Both the position numbers and the translations under genes were made by a program. Positions 32,622-45,037 of a stretch of DNA of 64,000 bases are shown here, in pieces; within the stretch, counting starts at the first letter, position 1; the number at the start of each line of letters is the position of its first letter. Under the pieces are notes generated by a model. That model searched no databases. It was not told the origin of the DNA and saw only the letters and a list, made by a program, of their open reading frames with translations. The stretch is from Piedraia hortae CBS 480.64 (taxonomy: Eukaryota), in the NCBI GenBank assembly GCA_010093745.1, contig MU005957.1, positions 124,001 through 188,000 of the forward strand, written 5' to 3'.

Positions 32622-34098
32622 ATGCAAAACTACCGATCAATGCCCCAGCAGAGCCCTATGGTCCGGCGATCGACTAGTACATAACCTCCTATATGACCAA
32701 TGAGAATGTACTGATGTTCCCCCAGCGCAAACACCTTACCAGGGCCAACCGCAACAACCGCAACATGCACAGGTGCAGGCACAGGCACATGCACAAGCAC
32801 AAGCGCACGCGCAGCAGGCGGCGCGGATGGAAGAGATCCGACGAGCAGAAGCACAAAAACGGATGACATCCAAACCGACGGACCGCGACCTGCCGGCGGA
32901 GCTCTCGGATGTCATTGTCGGCACCGGAGTGGAAGACTATGCGCGGCTGCGCGAATTTGAGCGACAGTTGGATGCGGTGGCGATGCGCAAGCGGATGGAT
33001 GTGTTTGATAGTCTTTCGCGGCGCTATGACCGCTACGAGGGCGTGCTGCGCATTTGGATCTCAAACACGGCGTCGGGCCAGCCGTGGCAATTGCTGGAGG
33101 GCGATGGAGGTGACGGTGATGGCTTGGGGCTACTTGGAGATGGACCGGGAGGGCCTGACGCGGTTGACGGCGCCAGGTTTCGCGTCAAAATGACAGCGCG
33201 ACTGGTAGAGCCGCAACCGGACGACGACGGAGCCGAAGAGCAGCTGCATTTTGCCCAGTTCTTCACGGCGATGCGCGTGCTGGACTCGGATGTAGAATGG
33301 CGCAAGAGCGGGCCCGGTGATAAGATTGACGCGCTCGAGTTCAGCCGGCCAGGCGACATGAACCGACAGATCACAATACAGCTGTTCGTCGATGATCGTC
33401 ACGAACGTTTCATGTTCTCGCCGCTGCTGGCTGAGATTTTGGACACCGACATGGACGACCGCACCGGTGCCGTACAGGGCATCTGGCAATACGCCGTTGG
33501 CAAGAAGCTTCTAGACGATGATGACGCGCGCTTCATCAATTGCGACGAGCCGCTCAGTCGTCTATTCAATGGCCTGGAACGCGTCAGTTTCCCGCAGGTA
33601 CCGGAGCTACTGCAGGCACATTTTCGCTCGTTGCCGCCCGTTGAACTCAAGTACTCGATCCGCGTCGATAAGGCGTATATCCACGGTGATGCAGCAGCGG
33701 GAATTGCGCCCAGTAGACCGACAGTCTACGATGTGCGAGTCCCGATGCCGAACCCGTTGGCTAAGCGATTCGCCAAGTTCCACACATCCATTAGCCACCT
33801 GAACTCGCTGAAGCAGATTGTTAAGCTGGATGATGAACTGGCCCTGCTTGTGCAGAAAATATCGCGCACAGATGCCAAGAGAAAGTTCTTCGACTCCCTC
33901 TCCAGAGACCCTGTTGGTTTCACAAAAAGGTGGGTGTCGTCGCAAAGATGTGACCTGAACATGATCCTCGCAGAAAGCAGGTTCGAAATTGGGGAACGAG
34001 GCAACTTTGAGGGCGAAGCCAACAACCGCCAAGTCTGGAACAGCAAAGCCGCGAGGGAATCAGTCGGCCTGATGCTTTCCAGGAAGCCAGTCAACTAA
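32622..34098 (+). CDS. SNF12: SWI/SNF-RSC subunit Snf12/Rsc6/Ssr3 (BAF60, SWIB domain)
   Basis: KPTDRDLP...ERQLDA...RKRMD, LRIWISNT, SWIB segment (IWQY...INCDEPL..LF) and KRKFF...DP..F..RWVSSQ..DL. Intron at 32677-32725. Confidence 0.9.
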
Positions 34099-34146
34099 TG
34101 TATGATAGCCAAAAAGGCAACAAATTAATGTAACACTACCCAGCGT

Positions 34147-35904
34147 TCAGGTCTTCTTCCCCTGCAGCATCTTTATTCTACTTTCTGCCGCGCGGGCCCT
34201 TTTCTCTCTCTCGAGCTTCATCCTCATCTCGTTCGTCATGCCTTTGGCTTCTTCTTTTCTCCTCTCTTCAGGTGTCATTTTGACCTCTTTCTTCTTCACT
34301 GGTTCGAACGGTTTATCTTTCTCCCTCAACCTTTTCAGCTCTTGCTCCCTGCGTTCCTTCTCAGCCGCATCAGCAGCAGCTCTATCATCACGCTCAGCCT
34401 TGAGCCTCTTCTCGACCTCCTCGGCCGTTAAGGAGGCGGGAACACCGGCAGCATCCCAGTCCCATTTATCCTCGCCCAACTGCGACCTTGCAAGGCGAAA
34501 GGCATCTTTTGTCTGTCTCTCCGTTGCAAGGGCATATGGACGCTGCGCAGCAGCACCCCCGCCGGGATTAGCACCAGCTTTGAGCAGCGCAGTAACACAG
34601 GCAGCACTATTATTCGCCGCTGCAAAGGCAATCGGGGTAGACCCGGACGGCACAAACGTGAAGTCCGGGGAGAGGTTATTTTCGGCGAGATAAGCCAATA
34701 GCTTAGGCACCTTTGACCTACGGATGAAGCCCTGCAGCTGGGCGGTGTGCAACTCCGCAGCCTCATCTTGTTTGCTCTTCTTCGTGGCTGGTGCTGCCAC
34801 TTTCTTCGGCGGTGCAGGTTGAGCCGTCACGGCCATCAGCGGCATCTCCACAAATGTCTTGGATTTGGTTTGAGTCAGCTCTGCGAACGCCCTCAGCAGT
34901 TCGGCATGAGTGGGCCGGCCGGTGGAGAAGGGCATTCCCTTGATTCGCTCGTCTTTGGCGGTGAGAACCGCGTTATCATAGGGACCGAAAAGGGTTCGCC
35001 GGTTGCTGCTCCCCGTTGCGCGGATGAAAATGCGCTCTGCGCTTTGGATGAGAGGCCGCCATTCGGCTAGGAGGGCTCTGATCTCCTGCGTAAGAGCTGC
35101 TTCGTTGTAGCGTCGTAGACTGGAGCCGGCAGAGTGTGCGTTGCCTTTGCTGTTGTCGTTAGCAGATTGTGCACCGCCTTGTTTCCGCCGCGTTGTGTAT
35201 CTGTGGAATGTCTTCTGAGCGAGGATAATTGGACTTGCTTCACCCCCACGACTGAACTTGGGTTGGAGTGATATCACCATGCCGGCAAAGTGGCCCCCGC
35301 TTAGCATGCACATGAAATAATGTCTGTTTTGCCCTTGGGTCTGGCTGAATTGCTTCCTACGGAGAGCGGAGACGGGTTCTGATAGGTCTTGTTTGGAAAA
35401 GAGTACTCGATAGACGCCAAGATGCTCGTCCTCGGATAATAATGGAGATGTAAACCAAATTATCGTGGATCTGGCTTCAACTTGACCCTCTGCTGCCTCT
35501 TCTGTGTCTGTAATCTGGGCATGTCGTTTGAGTAAGAGTGCAATCTGGTCGTCATCGTCACTCTCACTATCCTCGCTGCTCTCGGATCCGGAAAGACTTT
35601 CATCCAACGTGGCAATCAGGCGAACAAACTCGTTCTCGGATACGGGTTTCTGTCTCCGTGCCTTAAGCTTTGTGTTGTAATTGTGGAAGTCTGAGCGAGC
35701 ATGGCTACGTTGTTCGGCAACCGAAGGAAAGTTCAAATCGCAGAGAACGCAGGTCTGAGTGCCGATAGATTGACGGATGTCCTCTTTTGGTCTTTTTCCC
35801 GTGGCAGATCCTTCATCGTTACTTTTCCCTGACATTGTCTTGTATTGCAGTGATGCTAGCAATTCTTCGGGTAGCGAAAACACATATGCCGAACGATGCG
35901 CCAT
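34147..35904 (-). CDS. VMS1: Vms1/ANKZF1 (C2H2 zinc finger, VLRF1 domain, ankyrin, coiled coil, VIM)
   Basis: CVLC...HARSDFHNYN, GGHFAG, KTFHRYTTRRKQGGAQ, AHSAGSSLRRYNE and C-terminal RARAAESR. Confidence 0.95.
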   Translation of the reverse strand: MAHRSAYVFSLPEELLASLQYKTMSGKSNDEGSATGKRPKEDIRQSIGTQTCVLCDLNFPSVAEQRSHARSDFHNYNTKLKARRQKPVSENEFVRLIATLDESLSGSESSEDSESDDDDQIALLLKRHAQITDTEEAAEGQVEARSTIIWFTSPLLSEDEHLGVYRVLFSKQDLSEPVSALRRKQFSQTQGQNRHYFMCMLSGGHFAGMVISLQPKFSRGGEASPIILAQKTFHRYTTRRKQGGAQSANDNSKGNAHSAGSSLRRYNEAALTQEIRALLAEWRPLIQSAERIFIRATGSSNRRTLFGPYDNAVLTAKDERIKGMPFSTGRPTHAELLRAFAELTQTKSKTFVEMPLMAVTAQPAPPKKVAAPATKKSKQDEAAELHTAQLQGFIRRSKVPKLLAYLAENNLSPDFTFVPSGSTPIAFAAANNSAACVTALLKAGANPGGGAAAQRPYALATERQTKDAFRLARSQLGEDKWDWDAAGVPASLTAEEVEKRLKAERDDRAAADAAEKERREQELKRLREKDKPFEPVKKKEVKMTPEERRKEEAKGMTNEMRMKLEREKRARAAESRIKMLQGKKT

Positions 35905-37291
35905 TTTCTTATTAACCACTGATGCAAGTTTCTTGCGAGTCTCTTCCTGTCTAGTATTGGTTTGTCTGTATACAATTCGACAATGTCAATCCATTGTGCA
36001 TCACCGTGGGGTAGCCGTTACGACGTCACTGGTGTAACGCGCCAAGATTTCATCATCCATACACCTTACAAGCCTCGTGCGCCACGCCCACAGTGGCTGT
36101 GCGATATCTTATAGCCGCATTTGTACACGTGCGACATGTGCCCATATCAAATGTTACTTGCACCTAGGCTCAACCCTGCCATACATGGGGAAACTTCCCC
36201 AGACCTGAAATAGTTTGGTCGGGTTTATATACCCGACAACTTAACTCCATCGGTAGTGTCGGCCGTCTAGACATATCACGAGAGAGAAGGCCGTGAAGGA
36301 GCTGCGGCATTTGCCAATGCGTCTAGGCTCAGATAAGAGACCTGTGGTATCGATTCGTATCTCCTAGAAAGTGGCAAGGGTGAGACACAATGAATATTCC
36401 ATGTTGATCAACAGTGCTCAAAAATTGTGGTGCCAACAGGCTTCTTCAGTGTATCTCACATGAAAGTGTAGCTGCCAGGGTTACAAGCAACGGGGATCCG
36501 CAACGTTGATCTGTGGGGGTTGCCTTATAAGCCAACAAGGGCGCAGTCGGGGATAGGGGCGTTCCAAATCCACCAATTGCGGCTCGTCATCAAACTCTGA
36601 GCGGAGAGGGCCGTCCCGCGATAACAATAAAATGATGGACATCCACATACCCTCGATGTTGCTTTTGTCGGAGTAATGCCAATGACATACGAGGCAAAGA
36701 AGCAAGTCGAGTGTTTCACTACGCCCAAATCCCAACGTTGATGTGGCGAAATGTACCTAGATTGCTGACTGCTTGTCACAAACCGATGGCGGGTGAAAGC
36801 TGGAGAAGGTCAGTCTAGACTAGCGGTTGATAAGACATGCAAGCTTAACAGATTAATTTCCCAAGGTGCACCTCGGTATGTACCGACTTAACAGCGATCA
36901 ACACCACCGACGCAGGGCAGAGGACTTGATTTCACTCTGTGCAACCAATATGAGGTACAACGATTGACCTCGAGAACACTATGGCTTGTTGCCACGCCGT
37001 AAGACCAGTTTGCTTTTCCAATGACCCAGCGAATGGATAATGGCGCACGCATCATCGTGGAGGCGTCTATGCCACATTCAGAAAGGGCAGCCATGTGATA
37101 TGCTCCTCCTATGTCAATGGCCAACAGTGGAAGGAAGAATCAGAGATACCATCTGGCTCTGGGAAAGTGGCTGTAATTGAGGCACGACATTGACCGAGGT
37201 GCAATGGAACGTCTTCTGGTATAAGTAGAGCATTCCATCTCCTCTGCTTTCCATCATCTCATCTTCTTTCCATTTGTTCACTATCTTCAGC

Positions 37292-38587
37292 ATGCCATCC
37301 TTCATCTCCACCCTAGCCCTGGTGGCCACGGCTACGCTAGTCGCTGCCTTGCCCACAAGCCCCAATACCACTATCCACTCCTTCTCGGTTCACCAGAAGG
37401 AACATGGAATGAGACGCAAGGCCGGGCCAATTGACAGCTTGAAGGTGTACAACAAGTATGCCCATATTGGCGCCCAAGCTCCGGCCGACCTTGTCAAGGC
37501 AGCTGCAGCGGCCCAGTCTGGTTCTGTCCAAGCCACGCCAGAGCAGTATGAACAAAGTTACTTATGCCCGGTGCAGGTTGGATCGAATACTTTGATGCTC
37601 GACTTTGATACAGGAAGCTCTGACTTGTACGTTTTTCCGAAGATAGTGGAAGGCAGTACTGACACCAGACAAGGTGGGTCTTCTCTACTGTAACGCCATC
37701 GAGCGTTTCCTCTGGCCATTCGTTGTATAACCCGAGCACAAGCGGTAAACGTCTCTCAGGTGCTACTTGGAAGATCTCGTATGGTGATGGCTCCGGTGCT
37801 TCGGGAATTGTCTACTCGGATAAGGTTACGATTGGCGGCGTAACCGCTACCTCCCAGGCCGTTGAAGCGGCCACATCCATGTCCAGCAGCTTCGCCAGCG
37901 ATCCAGACAATGATGGTCTCGTTGGCTTGGCGTTCAGCACTCTCAACACTGTGCAGCCGACACAGCAGAAGACTTTTTTCGATACCGTCAAGAGCTCTCT
38001 TGCCTCGGCCCTGTTCACGGCAACGCTCCGCCACAACGCCGCAGGGACCTATGACTTTGGGTAAGCAAGCAGCCTTAGCAGGAATTCATCGCTGACTCGG
38101 CCACAGCTTCATCGACAGCTCCAAGTACACTGGTAGCCTGACATACGTCACTGCCGATAACTCGCAAGGGTTCTGGGGCTTCACCGCCGGCGGTTACTCT
38201 GTTGGCAGTAGCAAGACTGTCTCCGGCTCCATTGGAAGCAGCATTGCCGACACGGGCACCAGCTTGATGTATATTCCCGCGGCTGCAGCCCGCGCTTACT
38301 ACAAAGCTGTCTCGGGCGCAACCTTGGACTCTACTCAGGGAGGTTACACTTTCCCTTGCTCGGCAACCCTGCCCGCGTTCAACGTGCAGATTGGCAGCCA
38401 AGTTTTCACTGTTCCCGGCACTTTGATCAACTACGCCCCGGTTGGTAACGGCAAGTGTTTTGGCGGCATCCAGCCGAGCACCGGACAACCGGTGAATATC
38501 TTTGGGGATGTGTTTTTGAAGGCCGTCTTTGCCGTTTTTGATGCTCGTTCTTCTACCCCCAAGTTGGGCTTCGCAAAGCAGGCATGA
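37292..38587 (+). CDS. Secreted pepsin-like aspartic protease (A1), paralogue 4
   Basis: Signal peptide, [10 protein letters not shown] and IADTGTSL. Introns at 37627-37673 and 38061-38106. Confidence 0.95.
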
Positions 38588-39052
38588 AACTGAAGGCACA
38601 TGATTGTTATTTTGTCATGTTAAACCTGTAAGATTTGCACATGGCATTTTTTCTTCAAGTTTGATTATCGATCTTGTCATCAAGTGCAGCTGTCAGCATG
38701 AAGTTGTCAGTACAACTAGGCAACAAGGCTAGCCAAATGAAGGCATTTCAGATGCATGTTGCTGAGTCAGCCCGCGGCCTCACCCCGCTTCCCTTTTTGG
38801 CGCGCGACAGTTCGTGGGTGTTTCTAAAACGGGCCAATCGGGCTCCAGGATGCAGGGATTTGATAGGCTGAGCGGAGAATTATCGGGTCAGGGTCGACAA
38901 GCGCTAGGGCCCGGCCCATCCCCGGCCCGCACATGGGGACGTAGGCCACATGCCCCCGACAGCGTCCCGCGGGAGTCTTGCGACGTGGAGCAGGGGACGA
39001 AAAGGAATGCTGCTCTGGCCCTCGGAACTCGCCCGACCACGATCCCGCCGCC

Positions 39053-41493
39053 ATGGCCGGTGACTACAACACCCTCTCCCTAGCGCTGGGAGGCCTGCGC
39101 GTAACGAATCCCGATGAGGGCATGTCCTCGCCCACTGAAGAAGCCGCCAACAGCCTTGGGCAAGAGTTGCAGCGGGAGACGGAGACTCCGGGAACCCCAG
39201 GAACTCCGGGGACACCGCTGGATCGCGTGGGACAAGCCGCCGAGGAGCCGCCGCGCCGCTGGTCGCGTGCTTCAGCAGACACCATTACCGGGACTGGCGC
39301 GGGGCTGCTTCCTCTGCTACCATCAGAGCGCAGCTCTAGGACAGATGAAAATGGACTTGGATGGAATCCTGAGACGTACTCTTTGCAGGAAAACGGCGGC
39401 CCCTACACTCCGAAGAAGGCGAGACCGGCGCCGACAATGGCCATGTCTCCGAATGCTATATCTCCCACCTCTAAACCATTATTTCAGCCACAGCGCAGCC
39501 AGAGCACGTTTCACTCGTCTCCGCCTTCATCCAGCAGCTCGCGACAGACCAGCGGTGTAGACCGTCCGCCAAGCTTGCTCTATAACCAGCCCAATATATC
39601 GACTGGCTCCGGCATCAGCATGGGATCGCATAGACAGCGAGAGGATATAGGCTCATCGGATGGCAGCAGATCGAGTAGAGCTCGCAGCGCGTCGGCCATG
39701 GGGGTCATGCCGAGTCGCAGAGACGTGGCCGAGGGTCGCACATATCGACCGCATAGCCAACAGGTGCCGTTTCCACCGCGGCGGAGTTCACGGCGGGAGT
39801 CTCACCGCAGCGAAGCGCCGCGCAGCTCGCAGCCGGCAAAGAAGGGACCAAAGGACTTTAACTTCGGGCGCACGCTCGGTGAAGGCTCATATAGTACTGT
39901 GCTTGCCGCCACCGACCGTCAGACGCACAAGGAATACGCCATCAAAGTGCTCGACAAGCGGCACATAATAAAAGAGCGCAAGGTCAAGTACGTCAACATT
40001 GAGCGCGACACCCTCAACCGACTGACAGATCATCCGGGCATCGTGAGGCTATACTATACGTTCCAGGACGATCGATCACTGTATTTTGTACTGGACCTGG
40101 CGTCGGGCGGTGAGCTGCTGGGCGTGCTGAAAAAGACGGGCACATTTGATATCGAATGCACGCGCTTTTACGGTGCCGAGATCCTCGATAGCATTGCTTA
40201 TATGCACAGCCGGGGCGTCATTCATCGCGATCTGAAGCCGGAGAACGTGCTGCTAGACCGCGGAATGCACGTAAAAGTCACAGACTTTGGTACGGCCAAA
40301 ATCCTGGCAGACCCATCCACAGCCGACAGCGATGGTCAGGATGAGAACAGTGACCGTGCTGTGTCGTTTGTAGGTACAGCCGAATATGTCAGTCCCGAGC
40401 TTTTGCGCGATAAGAACGCGTGCAAAGCGTCGGATCTTTGGGCTTTTGGATGCATCGTCTACCAACTTCTTGTCGGTCGGCCGCCGTTCAAGGCTCCTAA
40501 CGAATATCTCACCTTCCAGAAAATCCTCGCACTAGACTACTCTTTTCCCGACGGCTTCCCGGACCAGGCTAAAGACCTGGTGCAGCGGCTGCTTGTACTA
40601 GAGCCTTCCCAGCGTCTGTCACTGGACCAGATCCAGCGCCATCCCTTCTTCGAGGGCATAGCATGGGGTCGTGGGCTGTGGCGGCAGCGCACACCACGGC
40701 TAAAACCATATGCGCCTCCTCCTTTTGCACCCATCCAGCTCAATAGTGGCGGCGGTGCCGCTACGCCGGCAGCCGTAAAGCAACTCCGGCGCATCACAGA
40801 GCTCCCGCCGCCCAGTCAGCTGGACATTGACTGGTCGCCAGTGCTGACAGGTAGCAACGAGCGAATCCTAAAGCTGGGCAATCTGCAGGTGCTCTCAGCT
40901 GGTGCGGCGGGCGAGGCAGCGACCAACACGACGAAGTTGAGCCGCTTCTTCGGCGGCGGCACAGCCAAGAAGCGTGAACGACTCGTCATTGTCACCACCG
41001 ACGCTCGGCTGATTATCGCTGCGGCGGGCGGGAACGAGAAAAAGGCAAAAGCTGAAGTCAACCTCCTCGCCCCGGGGACTTCGTGGAGCGAATTTATCGA
41101 CCCCAAGGGTATCACCGCCTGGCAGTTGGATACGGTAAGCAAATGCAATACCCCCTATGACTCAACCACCCACTAACCAATTATAAGAAAGAAAAACACA
41201 TCACATTTGACGACACACGACCAGCTTCATCATCATCAGACACAACACGCGAATGGCTCGACGCACTCACGCAAGCGCGCGAGATGGCTCTATCCACGGA
41301 CGCCGATCAAGGCTCCAACCACCTCCAAGATTCTTCATCTTTCTCAGCAATAAGCAGTCCAGCAGACTCCCTCGCAGTGCAGAAACAACACCGTAAACAG
41401 CAGCTCAGCAACGGCCATGAAACGGCCCCGCCAGAGAAGAAGAAGAGATTCTCGAAACGGCACTCAAAAAGCGGGCTCGCAGCGGTGTTTTAG
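39053..41493 (+). CDS. PKH1: PDK1-family AGC kinase (Pkh1/Ksg1/PkhA) with PH-like C-terminus
   Basis: DFNFGRTLGEGSYSTV, HRDLKPEN, DFG, RAVSFVGTAEYVSPELL and NEYLTFQKI. An intron at 41135-41187 joins the terminal exon ending GLAAVF. Confidence 0.95.
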
Positions 41494-41900
41494 TCTTTTT
41501 TGGGGGTTTGGGGAGCTGGGTGAGCGGGTAATTAGTATAACAGCTGTATCGTAGTCAGATTCATGGAGGGTGTAACGATTTTTCATCATCCCACTGTTCT
41601 CCTGTGTCTGAGTGGGATAAAGGCCTGCTACCTTTTGGGAATTCAGATCCTACTCGTGAGGAGACCTATCGTCTCGAACGTTAAAACAGCGTTCCTTTCT
41701 ACTGTTAAATGCCTTTCCGTTGTGGTCCAACTCCGCGTCCAGAGAGACCTCGAATCAAAAGTTGAAACTCAAAATACGGGCACGCCCACTTCCCCACCGG
41801 CGTATTCTAACTTTTTCATACAACCTCCTTGGATTGTTCATTAGTCCCCATCTCCGCCAGCTGTGCAGCCACTTCTCCTGTGTCCATCCCTGCCGGCTCT

Positions 41901-44408
41901 TCAGCCCGTTCCTTCGTTCCCACCTCCAGTCTGTTCCTCCGCATCCACCTCCACCTCCACCTCCACACCAACATTCTGTTCCACACTTTTAACCTTATTA
42001 GCCTCCCCCGCCTTCTTCTGCTTCTCCTCCGCATGATTCACCAGCTCAGGCTCAGCCTCCTCAAAAAACCTCAACAACATCGCCCTACGGTCCTCCTTCG
42101 GCAGCATAACATTAAGCGCCTTAAGCGACCTCCACATCGGTAGGACCAAAACCTCCCCCTCATGGCCACCACTCAACCGCACCCTAAGAACAGCGCACCC
42201 GAGCGCAAGACTCCTGGCCTGCTCCCCCACCTCCCCCAATTCCTTCAACCCCTCCTCATCCGGCTCCTCTCTCGTCCCAATACGAATGAACATCTCACTA
42301 AGTAACTTCCTGAGTACTTTCCTCTCCGTCAGGGTCACGACCCTCTCATCCCCAACCCAACCCTCGATTATGGGTAATCCTTCAGACTGGATCCGCCACG
42401 GGCAGGTTTCCACCACGCCCTGCACGTCCTGCTTCATGAACATTTTGACGCCGGAATGGATGATTTTTATCCCTTTGCCTTCGGCGTTGGTTTGGAGGAT
42501 TTCTTTGACCAGCGCGGAAGTGTAGTAGATGCCCTTGACGGGGTCACCGGCTGGGTTGCGGACGAGGAAGCGGTCCCGAGGGAAGGATGGGTGGAGCGCG
42601 TAGAAGGAGAAGATGCCTTCCAACGCGGAGTGCGTGGGTGGGAGGTATTTGAAGCTTTCCTCTTGAGCGGGTGCATTGCCTTTGCGGAAGGAACGCTCCG
42701 CAACGAAGGGTGAAGGGACGAGGTCCGTCCCCGAAGGTTGGGTGGTTGGGGCAAGTTCTGAGGGATGGGTGCTGTTGTTGTCTTGTGGAGGGTTGGTAGG
42801 TTCATCGACCTTTGGCCTCTTTGCATCAGCAGCATCGGTTTCCTCTGCTTTCCGCTTGAGGTTCGTTTGCTCCTCACGCTGGAGGTTGGTCTCTTCCACT
42901 TCTTCTGTGGCCGTCCCGTTCTGGATCAGATGGCCGTTTGCGTCCTTTTCATCCGTGCTCACGTCGTTTAGGATTTTTCCAAACGCCGTGCTCTCCTCTT
43001 CCGGGTGTTCATACGTCCAGTTTTTATTCACGCACTTGCACTCTCCCTCCGGCTTTGCACGGATCGTCTCGACCTTCTCCAGCACGGAGATGAAGAACCC
43101 GCCCGTATCCTGCTGGTGCGGGTACACGCGCATACAGTTCTGCAGTGGGATCTTCTCCCCTGCATCAGGCGGGAACATGCCCGGTACGATGCGGCTATTA
43201 GGCGCTTCGTTGGACTGTGCCTCGGGCCACGACTCGTAGATGCGTCCGTCGCGATTCATGACGCTCCAGTCGGTTAGTCCAGCGGAGCGGGTGAGGCCTG
43301 GAAGCCGGTCGCTACAGTCGACGAGCCGCACTTTGCTCACCCCGCCGCACCGCTCGATAGCTGAGGATACTACAGCCTCATCCTCGAGAGGGTTCATCGA
43401 GCATGTCGAGTACACGACACGTCCGCCAATCGCGAGCAGCTGCAGAGCACGCACGAGAATGCGTACCTGGGTGATATAAAGTCCCAAGGCGTTTTGTGGA
43501 GTCCAGTCCGTCCAGATCATGGGGTTCTTGCGACATGTACCGTCCCCTGAGCAGGGCACATCGGCGAGGATGCGGTCGAATTTCAGAACCTTGGTAACCC
43601 CAAGTTTGGTAGAAGGGAGTTTGATAGAAGGAAATAGCGTGGCATCGTGGTTCGTGACGATCAAATTTGGCGAATTGAGCCGTTTTACCTGGTGCACAAG
43701 CATCTGCGCACGTGAGTAATTGACGTCGTTGGCGACCAGAAGTCCTGTTGAGCGGCCCTGCTCCGGCTCGTGCGTGTCGACGCCATGTTTCGCGGATTGC
43801 AGGGCTTTATTGACTTGTTCTTCCTCGCCCGCATGAATGGCCTCGATCAGCTGCGCACTCTTGCTACCAGGAGCCGCGCAGAGGTCGAGAACAGTATGCT
43901 CTGCCTTGACATCCAGCAAAAGCGGAGGAATCATGCTGACTTCTTCCTGTCTGCTGATATTACCGACGCCAGTCTCACTGACGAGGAATTTTTGAAATTC
44001 TTTGAAAGGCTCATACTTGCGCACAACCTGCTTGGGAGTTGTCATGGCATATGCCAGGTTTTCGGGGTACCATATGATCGGATAAGGTAGCTCTACAGGC
44101 TTGCCTTCGTGTTCGATTTTTTCGATTTTTGGAAAATATCTTTCAACCAAATTGTTGCGAACGCTGAGTGCGTGGCCTTTGGATCCCGTAAATCGGAATG
44201 AATTCGGTAGTTCTCGTCTCAAAGCTGCCCAAAACTTTTCCCGCTCCTCGCCCTTGGGTACGATATTGAGCGTGTTATAGAAACGCTCCATTTTTTCGTT
44301 ATGCTTGTCGGCTGCTTCGTAGGGTTTCCGGGTGTCTACATATTGCCTACCGCCTCCACGACTCCGTCCTTTTCCGCGGCTTCCGCCACGTTTAGGTCCA
44401 CGAGGCAT
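41901..44408 (-). CDS. NCL1: tRNA (cytosine-C5)-methyltransferase Trm4/Ncl1 (NSUN2)
   Basis: ISRQEEVSMIPP, VLDLCAAPGSKS, FDRILADVPCSGDGT, YSTCSMNP.EDEAV and YPHQQDTGGFF. Confidence 0.96.
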   Translation of the reverse strand: MPRGPKRGGSRGKGRSRGGGRQYVDTRKPYEAADKHNEKMERFYNTLNIVPKGEEREKFWAALRRELPNSFRFTGSKGHALSVRNNLVERYFPKIEKIEHEGKPVELPYPIIWYPENLAYAMTTPKQVVRKYEPFKEFQKFLVSETGVGNISRQEEVSMIPPLLLDVKAEHTVLDLCAAPGSKSAQLIEAIHAGEEEQVNKALQSAKHGVDTHEPEQGRSTGLLVANDVNYSRAQMLVHQVKRLNSPNLIVTNHDATLFPSIKLPSTKLGVTKVLKFDRILADVPCSGDGTCRKNPMIWTDWTPQNALGLYITQVRILVRALQLLAIGGRVVYSTCSMNPLEDEAVVSSAIERCGGVSKVRLVDCSDRLPGLTRSAGLTDWSVMNRDGRIYESWPEAQSNEAPNSRIVPGMFPPDAGEKIPLQNCMRVYPHQQDTGGFFISVLEKVETIRAKPEGECKCVNKNWTYEHPEEESTAFGKILNDVSTDEKDANGHLIQNGTATEEVEETNLQREEQTNLKRKAEETDAADAKRPKVDEPTNPPQDNNSTHPSELAPTTQPSGTDLVPSPFVAERSFRKGNAPAQEESFKYLPPTHSALEGIFSFYALHPSFPRDRFLVRNPAGDPVKGIYYTSALVKEILQTNAEGKGIKIIHSGVKMFMKQDVQGVVETCPWRIQSEGLPIIEGWVGDERVVTLTERKVLRKLLSEMFIRIGTREEPDEEGLKELGEVGEQARSLALGCAVLRVRLSGGHEGEVLVLPMWRSLKALNVMLPKEDRRAMLLRFFEEAEPELVNHAEEKQKKAGEANKVKSVEQNVGVEVEVEVDAEEQTGGGNEGTG

Positions 44409-45037
44409 GGCTATTATTAATATCTTATTTTGTAACCAACGGTGCGCTGAAGTCGATTTTGTTTTGGGTGTGACAAGCTGGTGTCACACGGTCCGGCCCG
44501 TTGCGCACTCCCGTGGACGACCGCACATCAAACCACACCTCACTCCGGCGCCTTGCATTGCCGTGTTCCTGTTTGAAACCGTTCCTGGTCTTGTGGCCGG
44601 GTCCATGGTTGCTCAGTTGCATGGTTGCTCTGGCAGTTCCATTATCTGGGTTGCCCCAACACGCTTCCTATCTATGATGCCTCCGTCTAGCAAGTACTAC
44701 CAGCTGAAATCTCATGGTGCTCAGCTCCAGAGTAGCCCCATATGTTATGAGCCTATCATTACTACCCTCAAGTAACTCCTCCCCATGACAATTCGAACAA
44801 AGGGTCGTACTCAATGCCACCGGAAACGGTGCGTCCCGCCACAATGGACAGCAACACTCACTTCTTGCTACCGTAGGGTTAGTACGCTCTCACATATCTT
44901 GCCCTTGCCGTGCCCCACTATTCTGTTTGTGTAGTCTGTTTGAGGCAGGCGCGACTCGTGGGTGTTGTGCCCTTATCAATGCGTTACCACCGTACGTTCA
45001 TTTTTTCTTACATCAACATTTCTGCTTCTCCTCCACC

